Source of the DNA: an uncultured bacterium
GTDB taxonomy: Bacteria > SAR324 > NAC60-12
Assembly (NCBI GenBank): GCA_965662845.1
Contig: CBFIJD010000059.1
Span: forward strand, 1 to 12,756
Length of the DNA: 12,756 nt
Direction: 5' to 3'
Shown here: positions 6,452 to 12,756 of the stretch, piece by piece
Numbering within the stretch: position 1 is the stretch's first letter
Layout of the letters: each line of letters begins with the position of its first letter
Notes under the pieces: model-generated
Database searches by the model: none
What the model saw: the letters and a program-made list of their open reading frames with translations, nothing else
What the model was told of the DNA's origin: nothing
Program-made: the position numbers and the translations under genes

Positions 6452-8097
6452 GATTCGCGCTCTTGCAGGAGGTTTTTGATGGCTTCGAGTTTTTCTTTGT
6501 CCTTGGGCTTCAGCGCTTTCTCAGCCCGTTTTTTCAGTTCTTTTAGCTGCTCCAGAGGGAGGTCTCTCCAGTTGGATTCCTGCTCCAGCCAGGCGGACAT
6601 CTCCTTGTTCTTAGGCCACTTCACCTTGGGAGCCTCTCCGGCGACTCCCAGAAAAGCCTTTAGCCTGTTGAGCCACTCTTGCTGGTAATGCGTTGGTCGT
6701 GACCATTGCTGCTGCCACTGTCGGAGTATCTCACTCCCCAACGCCTGCTTTTCTTCCCTGAGCTTCTCTGGGCTGGCTTCACTCTCTTCGCCTTCAGGCA
6801 GCAACTGCTCATTGTCCAAGAGATACTTGAGGATCTCGTCCCCCTTGTTGAGGTCGATGTCTTCCAAGTAGCGACCCGACCAGCCTAAAGCCTCGCGGCG
6901 TTCCTGCTCTTTCTGTTTTGCGGCTTCTTGTGCGATTCGTTCAGCTTCTTCCTTGGCCTTGCGCTCAGCTTCTTCCTTAGCCTTACGTTCAGCTTCTTCC
7001 TGTGCTAGCCGCTCCTGCTCTAGCCGCTCCTGCTCTTGTCGCAACACGTCGACCCCCGCAAACTGCCCCATGCCGATCGCGGTCTTGGCGCCAAAGCCAA
7101 AGTCCAGCACCTCTTCGGCGGAGAAGACTTGAAGGAAGGCCTCCAGATGCTCTTGAGAAAGCTCCGGCGGCGCGGCGAAGCAGAACCGAAATTCCTGCTT
7201 GCCGCCTTGAGGATCCACCGCGAGGTAGGCGTTGGGGACCGGGCTCTGCGACTCGGTGGGGCCCTCTTCAGCTTGGTAGTACTTTGGATAATGTGGCGTC
7301 ATGATCTCGCGGCGGAGTTGGGGCACCTGCACGGGGAAGGCGTCGAAGAAGACCAGCTTGCCTTGTGCGGCGTACTCTTCTTTCCCGTTGCCATCTCCGC
7401 TGCCGAACAGCTCCTGAAATAGCGGGAAGTGCTCGTTGACGAGGTCGCCCTTGACGAGCTTGCTCTCTTTTCCGTCTGCGTTGGTTTCAGCAACTTGTTG
7501 CACGACGACCTCGTCGTATTGGTTGATCTTCCAGATCATGCACCGCGCCTTGAGCACGCCCTTGACCGTGGACGATGGCAAGTAGGGCATCCCCGTGTTG
7601 CGGTCAAAGGTCAGGAACTTCTCCAGCGGATGCGTCTCACCCAGCCCGTGCACCAGCGGTGAGCGCAGCTTCAGGTCCACCCGAAACACCTTCCAGCCTT
7701 GCCGTTGCAACGAACTCAGCGCCTTTGCATGCTGCTGGTGCACACGCTCCAAAGCGCTTTTTTGCTTGCTCCCCTGTTGTCGAAAGATTTCTTCGATTTG
7801 CAGCAGATTATCCGCCTTTTTCAGTAGATCCAGAGTTGGGGCGGTTTCTTGGCTAGGTCTCTCCTGATTGAAGATGTTGTCTCTGGAAGAGGGACACTTG
7901 AAGAGGTCGCCCTCCTGCTTGGTGTCAACCGCAAACACGCTCCACTTGCGCGCGTAGAGCCCGAGGTTGTAGGGCAGCGCGGTGTTGTTGTTGCCGTCGA
8001 GCAGTTTGGCCAGCACCTCATTGACGGCGCATGAGTTCGCGCGCCAGAGGTATTGGTCGTGGTCATTGGGATCAATCGTCGTTCCGATGAGGGGCAT
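6448..8097 (-). CDS. cmr6: Type III-B RAMP protein Cmr6 with a long C-terminal extension
   Basis: PLVHGLGETHPLE-LTFD-TGMPYLPSSTVKG, GKLVFFDAFP, IMTPHY-YY, and the G-rich loop GFGAKTAIGMGQF ending near residue 346; ~200 further residues follow. Confidence 0.92.
   Translation of the reverse strand: MPLIGTTIDPNDHDQYLWRANSCAVNEVLAKLLDGNNNTALPYNLGLYARKWSVFAVDTKQEGDLFKCPSSRDNIFNQERPSQETAPTLDLLKKADNLLQIEEIFRQQGSKQKSALERVHQQHAKALSSLQRQGWKVFRVDLKLRSPLVHGLGETHPLEKFLTFDRNTGMPYLPSSTVKGVLKARCMIWKINQYDEVVVQQVAETNADGKESKLVKGDLVNEHFPLFQELFGSGDGNGKEEYAAQGKLVFFDAFPVQVPQLRREIMTPHYPKYYQAEEGPTESQSPVPNAYLAVDPQGGKQEFRFCFAAPPELSQEHLEAFLQVFSAEEVLDFGFGAKTAIGMGQFAGVDVLRQEQERLEQERLAQEEAERKAKEEAERKAKEEAERIAQEAAKQKEQERREALGWSGRYLEDIDLNKGDEILKYLLDNEQLLPEGEESEASPEKLREEKQALGSEILRQWQQQWSRPTHYQQEWLNRLKAFLGVAGEAPKVKWPKNKEMSAWLEQESNWRDLPLEQLKELKKRAEKALKPKDKEKLEAIKNLLQERES
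6939..7035. repeat. Intragenic tandem repeats encoding the coiled-coil linker of Cmr6
   Basis: A 24-nt period unit containing TCAGCTTCTTCCT occurs three times (EEAERKAK), and TAGCCGCTCCTGCTC occurs twice (7006-7035; EQERL). Confidence 0.8.
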
Positions 8098-8103
8098 AGT
8101 ACC

Positions 8104-8412
8104 TTAGGGGGCTAGGGGTTCAGTGAGCGGTTCGCTGCGATATACGCTGTGGGGCTGACGGATCAAATCGTCGCGCCCTGCTGCGCGCAACAAGCCGCTT
8201 GTGGAGAGGTCTTCATCCACGGCAGGCCAATGCCACCCGATGCCATCCACGTCAATCTCGAACAGGCTCCGGGCTACAGCGTTCGCACTCCGCAGGCGCT
8301 CGGAGCCCACTGCTGTCCATGGAACAGAGATGTGCACGCCGTCTAACTCAAATGAGATCCCAGCGTCATCCGCCTGTGGCTGTTGGATGATGTAGAGTGA
8401 TGTGTTCGTCAT
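8104..8412 (-). CDS. DUF2442-family protein (putative antitoxin), 102 aa
   Basis: L-DG-ISVPW...RLRSAN...FEIDVDGIGWHWPAVDEDLSTSGLL fits the DUF2442 GxHWPxxDEDLS signature. ATGA overlap with the upstream DUF4160 gene, with an AAGGAG SD. Confidence 0.85.
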   Translation of the reverse strand: MTNTSLYIIQQPQADDAGISFELDGVHISVPWTAVGSERLRSANAVARSLFEIDVDGIGWHWPAVDEDLSTSGLLRAAGRDDLIRQPHSVYRSEPLTEPLAP

Positions 8413-8663
8413 GATTTTCTCCTTTCAAATTCTTGCCACGCTGCCAGCAAGTCCTCAAAGTGCAGCGAGATGATCTGTTGGACTTGTCGCTCTTCTTGTC
8501 TGCTGAGGTTACGCACATAAGCTCGCTCTACGGCCAAGGTCTCTGCACGCAACCAGAATTTAGCCTGTGCGTCGCCACGTTTGACGTGAATGTGTGGGGG
8601 CTCCTCTCCTTCATTGGCATAGAAGAAAAAGCGCCACCCCCGCACCAGCAAGACGGTTGGCAT
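8409..8663 (-). CDS. DUF4160-family protein (putative toxin), 84 aa
   Basis: MPTVLLVRGWRFFFYANEGEEPPHIHVKRGDAQAKFWL...LLAAWQEF is the DUF4160 signature. True start is ATG 8663, in a TGATG overlap with the cmr5 stop. Confidence 0.9.
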   Translation of the reverse strand: MPTVLLVRGWRFFFYANEGEEPPHIHVKRGDAQAKFWLRAETLAVERAYVRNLSRQEERQVQQIISLHFEDLLAAWQEFERRKS

Positions 8664-9055
8664 CAGGACTTGGGGAACATGTCCGAGTTCGCGTAGCGCT
8701 TGAGCCACTCCCACAGCGCCAGCGTCTCGCGCTGACAGGCGAGGTAGTGCGACTGCTCCATCTGCGAGAGGCGCTGCATGAAGGTGAGATAATCCGTTTG
8801 CAGCGTCGCTGGATTCGCCTGCACCCACCCCTTGGTCGCGAGCCACTCGATGGTCCAGCTCACGACGTCCCGCTTAATGCCAGACTTCTCTTTCTGGATA
8901 ATGAAGGCAAACGCCTGCGCCAAGCCATTGGTGAGCACCATCGAAGGCAGGCCGGCCATGTAACTGCCAAAGTCTTGGTTCACTTTGTCTTGCACTGCGA
9001 TCAGCTTGTTCAGCGCGAAGTTCGAGCGTTCTTGGGAGAGAGTTGTGTTGCTCAT
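8663..9055 (-). CDS. cmr5: Type III-B small subunit Cmr5 (130 aa)
   Basis: TLSQERSNFAL, GLPSMVLTNGLAQAFAF, and Y---QRETLALWEWLKRYA. Start at ATG 9055 (ATGA overlap with cmr4, AAGGAGG SD). Confidence 0.93.
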   Translation of the reverse strand: MSNTTLSQERSNFALNKLIAVQDKVNQDFGSYMAGLPSMVLTNGLAQAFAFIIQKEKSGIKRDVVSWTIEWLATKGWVQANPATLQTDYLTFMQRLSQMEQSHYLACQRETLALWEWLKRYANSDMFPKS

Positions 9056-10044
9056 TGGGCCTCCTTGGCGATCCATTGCAGTTCACAGAAACCACGCCCG
9101 AGGGTGGCGTCCCCACCGAGCTGCAAGTGCGTGGGTAAGGTCTCCTTCAGCCAGGCCGCGAGCTGTGAAGCCGTCAGCCCACCCTGCGCCTTGCGCTCGG
9201 CAGAGAGGAAGCTGAGGCTGTAGAGCAGGGTGTCGGCAGGCAGTAGTTCTTCGTAGAAGAGCCCCCCCTTGGCAACGGTCCCAGATGTGTCGTCAATTCG
9301 CACTCGAGACTGCACAGGGCACGTCGTCTCCACGAGATAGAGGAAGTCCGCGTCTGAGAGGATCACAGCGTTGGGGAGCAGGTCCACGTCTGCAAATTTC
9401 ACCAGTTGTTCCAACACCTGCCGAGCCTGTTCGACTGCCGGAGTCGTTTCCTGCAGCGTGACGCGCATGTCTTCGAGCACCACTCCGCCCGTGGCTTGTG
9501 AGCCTTTGTACAAAGCGGCGTCTAATCCGAAGCCCTCTTTGTCTGCAACCGTCACGCTCTTCAGCGCGTCCACTCCGCTCAGCCCGACGGCTTTGGCGTC
9601 CCGCACAAACTGTCGCAAGACCGAGGGGCAGGTCACATAGAGGAAGGGCGCGTGCGAGCTGCGCACCGGAAAGAACAGCACCTTGGCGTCCGAGGTCGAG
9701 AGCGCCCCCGCCTGCGCGGTGTCTTGTCCCTCGCGGCCAAAGATGGCGTTGAGCTCTGGAGAATCGGAGACGGCTGTGCGCGCCTTTTTGTGAATCTCAC
9801 TGCGCGTTTCCTCGTTTGCTGCGGGCATGGCTGCGAGCTTCTCGGTGGATTGTTGGTGAACAATGGACTGTGCACAGGCGTCTCTCAGCGCGCCCTTGAC
9901 GCCGGAAGACTGGACGATGGGGCGCTGCGTGTGGCGCTCGCGTTGGATGGGTAAGTCCACCGCCCCGGTCGAGCTGCCCGCTCCGGCGTGCATGGGGGTA
10001 ATGGCGTAAAACAGCAGAATATTGGCGTGATCTGCGAGAAACAT
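9052..10044 (-). CDS. cmr4: Type III-B backbone endoribonuclease Cmr4 (330 aa)
   Basis: YAITPMHAGAG-GAVDLPIQRERHT (catalytic Asp present), SSGVKGALR, DAKVLFFPVRS, GGLFYEELLP and LQLGGDATLGRG. Start taken at ATG 10044 with GGAG upstream. Confidence 0.95.
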   Translation of the reverse strand: MFLADHANILLFYAITPMHAGAGSSTGAVDLPIQRERHTQRPIVQSSGVKGALRDACAQSIVHQQSTEKLAAMPAANEETRSEIHKKARTAVSDSPELNAIFGREGQDTAQAGALSTSDAKVLFFPVRSSHAPFLYVTCPSVLRQFVRDAKAVGLSGVDALKSVTVADKEGFGLDAALYKGSQATGGVVLEDMRVTLQETTPAVEQARQVLEQLVKFADVDLLPNAVILSDADFLYLVETTCPVQSRVRIDDTSGTVAKGGLFYEELLPADTLLYSLSFLSAERKAQGGLTASQLAAWLKETLPTHLQLGGDATLGRGFCELQWIAKEAQ

Positions 10045-10124
10045 AGAGCAACTCCGTTGCAGGGTGGAAGAGAACCTCATATCTTCGCCGGAAGAACCAT
10101 TTCTCCTGAGAGATAAGAGGCAAC

Positions 10125-10325
10125 ATGAGACAAGAGATCAGTCTTGCGGAATTTCAAAACGAGCCAGGCGCGGTGCTGCAACAAGTCCAACAACAGCTGC
10201 ACACCTTGCGAGTCAATCAAGGGGATCGCGTGTTGTTGTTCAGCGTGGTGCAGCAGGAACACTACCTGCTGCTGGACGTAGGCTCCCACGACACGATCTA
10301 CCGTAGAGTCCAACGCCTATCATGA
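10125..10325 (+). CDS. Small antisense ORF (66 aa), apparent Phd/YefM N-terminus fused to a RelE/YafQ-like C-terminus; possible TA remnant
   Basis: AGAGG SD before the ATG. MRQEISLAEFQNEPGAVLQQV resembles Phd-family starts, and LHTLRVNQGDRVLLF...LLLDVGSHDTIY resembles RelE-superfamily C-termini. It fills the cmr3-cmr4 gap and ends 1 nt from the cmr3 stop. Confidence 0.55.
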   Translation: MRQEISLAEFQNEPGAVLQQVQQQLHTLRVNQGDRVLLFSVVQQEHYLLLDVGSHDTIYRRVQRLS

Positions 10326-10326
10326 G

Positions 10327-11418
10327 TCAGACGCCCCACCAGCCCTGCGGCACAGCCTGAGGCTCGTCAAAGAACAACACCGTCCCGGCAGGGTGCCAGC
10401 CTTCCATCTCTCGATGAAATCCCTGGTTGTTGCCCGAATGACCCGCGCCTTTTTTCATCTCCCAGCCACCAACCCGCCGCAGCTTTCCCGACGCGACTCC
10501 AGCCGGTTGCAGCCCCCTTACTGCCGAAGACTTGATCGGTGAGAGCGAGAGCCACGTTGCGGACTTGGCCTCCCCAGTCAACACGGTGGACGACGGCTGG
10601 AGTTGATACTGCGCGACGCGTTGTTCGCCGCCGAGCTGCAAGACGCCTGCGGCTCCGAGCGCGGGCCTGAGGTCATGGTCTGGTAGCAACAACAAGCGCA
10701 CGCCGTCGGTCAAGCGCACATGGATCGTGGTGTAGAGCCGTCCGTTCTTTGCGGTGCGGGTGAGGTTGTCGCGCCCAATCCCTACTCGTGTCTCTGTGTC
10801 AAACAGCGCCGCTTGGGGCAGCAGCGCCGGCTGCGCGGGCGACAGGTTAGACACTTCCTGCAGCAGGTGGACGTTGTCAGAGTCGGTGAGGGCGCTGGTG
10901 GTGATCCAATAGCCATCTAGCGCCTGCAACTCTTTGTCATCGGGGGGCGTGACCCACCGCCACTGTGCGTTGGCTCGCTGTGTGATCGAAGCGCAGAGCC
11001 CGAAGTCTCTCGCGGCCTGCGAAAGCGGCTGGGCTTTGGTGATCGGCAGAGGGTTGCCGGTCGGCTCACCTCTCAGGTTCTCTTTCGCGGTGAACCAATG
11101 CGCCGGTGCCGGCAGCAGGAAAATCTGTTCCCCTGCGTTTTCGACCACAAACAGCGGCCCGCTGAAGCCAAAGCCCGCTTGGTCAGGCGTCCCGAGCAGC
11201 TTGCCGACGGGGGTCGTCTCATCAGGAGCCTGTCGTTGCACAAAGTCACGGAACGGGATCGCGTTCTTCACCAACATCGCCGTGCGCAGCGCTCCCAAGA
11301 GGGTCGAGGGCATCGGCGGGAACAGAAACGACATGAAGTGGTTCTCGCCCGCTTCCATCGGCTCCGCTCCTCGGAAGAAGAGCGTGTCCACAGGCGTTAA
11401 GGTGATGGAATGAGTCAT
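10327..11418 (-). CDS. cmr3: Type III-B Cas5-family subunit Cmr3
   Basis: ITLTPVDTLFFRGAEP, FPPMPSTLLGALRT, ETRVGIGRD--TRTA--GRLY, LQLGGEQR, VGGW and PAGTVLFF. ATGA overlap with the cas10 stop. Confidence 0.95.
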   Translation of the reverse strand: MTHSITLTPVDTLFFRGAEPMEAGENHFMSFLFPPMPSTLLGALRTAMLVKNAIPFRDFVQRQAPDETTPVGKLLGTPDQAGFGFSGPLFVVENAGEQIFLLPAPAHWFTAKENLRGEPTGNPLPITKAQPLSQAARDFGLCASITQRANAQWRWVTPPDDKELQALDGYWITTSALTDSDNVHLLQEVSNLSPAQPALLPQAALFDTETRVGIGRDNLTRTAKNGRLYTTIHVRLTDGVRLLLLPDHDLRPALGAAGVLQLGGEQRVAQYQLQPSSTVLTGEAKSATWLSLSPIKSSAVRGLQPAGVASGKLRRVGGWEMKKGAGHSGNNQGFHREMEGWHPAGTVLFFDEPQAVPQGWWGV

Positions 11419-12756
11419 AGTTGCTCCTGCTGTTGACGGGTGTGCTGACGTTCCCCAAGAAACTTGGCGACGATCAGGGCTTCGATCTGCAGCTTGTTCG
11501 CGCCTGACGCGGGGGTGTCACTCTTTTGAATCAACCGAGCCACGTTCTGGGCGAGCGCTTGCGGGTCATCACTCTTTAGCTCGGAGCGCTTGATCTGCTG
11601 CAAAATGAACTGTTGCAGCATCTGGTCTCGCTGTGCTGGGTCCTTCGCACAGGCAAGGATCGAGAGCAGCCCTTGCTCGAAGGTCTGGAGCCGATAGGCC
11701 AGCGAAGAGCTGAGGTCACGCGACTCGCTCTTGCCGAGCGCCAGCCCTACCGCCTTGAAGGCACCCAAGGTAGAGCCTGCGTCCTGCCATTTGCTCACGT
11801 ACACGCGCCCGCCCCCGCTGCGTTTGTTCAGCTCGATTGCCACCGCGTTGCGCCCACCCTGCTCTTTCGCGAACTTGTCCAAGAGCGTGTGGGTTCGCTG
11901 CAAGGCGCCGGTCAGGGGCTGCTTGTGGTGACAGATGTTGATCCCTGCCGAGATCGTCAGTTTTTCCCCACGGCCCAGGTGCTGCGCGAGCTTGACGACG
12001 CGCTTTTCTTTGTCGGGCTCATGCTGCATGTCCAGCGGCGCGAGCGGTCCGCTTGCGTCTAGCCGCTCGCACTGGATCTTGCTGTCTCGGTAGTGGTAGC
12101 GCACAAAGCCGGCGGAGTAGAGCTGCGCGATCTCCTCTGCCGCCGGCAACACCGAAGACACCGGCAGCACGGCGCAGACGTCGTCGCCCCCCGCATAAAT
12201 CAGCTTGCCCCGATACTTGGTGATGATCGCGGAGACACCATAGAGCGCGAAGTCTCCCAGCGCTTCGGAGATCGCCGCGTGCAGCGCCGGAGACAAGCGG
12301 CGTTGGCTCTCCCAGCCTAGAGTCTGCTTCCAATAGTCGCGGTACTTGGCGTCAAAGTCGTCGCGCTGCATGCGCGCTCGCAGGTCGGGGTGCAGCACGG
12401 TCTGCCACTGCGCGGCGATGGTCGCCCCGTTGACCAGGTCACCCATCTTGTCGCCGTCCATCATCAAAATTGCGTAGTAGCTGTCGGCATCCGTCAGCGG
12501 GCGCATCTGGTCGGTCAGTTTTCGCGCACGCGGCAGAATCTCCTGCAGTTTGTTCTGCTTCAGCTCTCGGAACTCCTCTTCTCCCATCTCCGTGATGCGG
12601 TCCTGTTGTGCCATGCGCTCTTCTCCTTGCCGATCATGGAGGAATTGAGCGAGGGCTCTGCGCTCTCGATCACCGGTAATCAAGTGGAGCTGCTGCGCGT
12701 GATCCAGAAAGTCGGCAGCGGCCATCTCGGTGGTTGACGGGAACGCGCTGTCTTGC
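11415..12756 (-). CDS. cas10: Type III-B large subunit Cas10/Cmr2, C-terminal part (gene starts beyond the window)
   Basis: YYAILMMDGDKMG, SPALHAAISEALGDF, LIYAGGDDVCAVLP, TISAGI-H-KQPL and GRNA-KRSGG. The frame stays open to the window edge (QDSAFPSTTEMA upstream of the listed ATG, a Cmr2-like FPST motif). Confidence 0.96.
   Translation of the reverse strand, partial: QDSAFPSTTEMAAADFLDHAQQLHLITGDRERRALAQFLHDRQGEERMAQQDRITEMGEEEFRELKQNKLQEILPRARKLTDQMRPLTDADSYYAILMMDGDKMGDLVNGATIAAQWQTVLHPDLRARMQRDDFDAKYRDYWKQTLGWESQRRLSPALHAAISEALGDFALYGVSAIITKYRGKLIYAGGDDVCAVLPVSSVLPAAEEIAQLYSAGFVRYHYRDSKIQCERLDASGPLAPLDMQHEPDKEKRVVKLAQHLGRGEKLTISAGINICHHKQPLTGALQRTHTLLDKFAKEQGGRNAVAIELNKRSGGGRVYVSKWQDAGSTLGAFKAVGLALGKSESRDLSSSLAYRLQTFEQGLLSILACAKDPAQRDQMLQQFILQQIKRSELKSDDPQALAQNVARLIQKSDTPASGANKLQIEALIVAKFLGERQHTRQQQEQL

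Noticed and set aside
887..6688. Long plus-strand ORFs 887-1813, 2553-3935, 4886-5449 and 5753-6688
   Set aside because: They are antisense shadows of well-supported minus-strand genes, expected in GC-rich DNA, and show no recognisable motifs.
8664..8846. 61-aa N-terminal extension of DUF4160 in the 145-aa ORF
   Set aside because: It lies inside cmr5; the family signature begins at MPT (8663), coupled to the cmr5 stop.
10077..10313. Minus-strand 78-aa ORF as a co-oriented operon gene
   Set aside because: It has no recognisable motif or clear SD and reads like the antisense of the plus-strand ORF, which has an SD and family-like motifs. Not fully excluded.
11415..12756. Short HD-less Cas10 and absence of cmr1 and cas6
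   Set aside because: The gene is cut by the window edge, so the HD domain, cmr1 and cas6 may lie upstream; absence cannot be claimed.

Overview
The window holds most of a type III-B (Cmr) CRISPR-Cas operon, transcribed on the minus strand. The order is cas10/cmr2 (5'-truncated by the window edge, GGDD intact), cmr3, cmr4, cmr5, a DUF4160-DUF2442 pair, cmr6 with a ~200-aa C-terminal extension, a Csx1/TM1812-type CARF-HEPN nuclease, a second DUF4160-DUF2442 pair (DUF4160 lacks a start codon), a CARF-adenosine deaminase (Cad1-like), cas1 and two cas2 genes. These are followed by an AT-rich leader and a single CRISPR-like repeat that runs almost directly into a cluster of GTAG-type REP palindromes. 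The core genes are known families. The unusual features are three toxin-antitoxin-derived cassettes interleaved among the cas genes (two DUF4160/DUF2442 pairs and an antisense ORF resembling a Phd-N/RelE-C chimera), two CARF effectors, and a REP cluster where the first spacer should be. All family calls come from motif recognition by eye; no searches were run.
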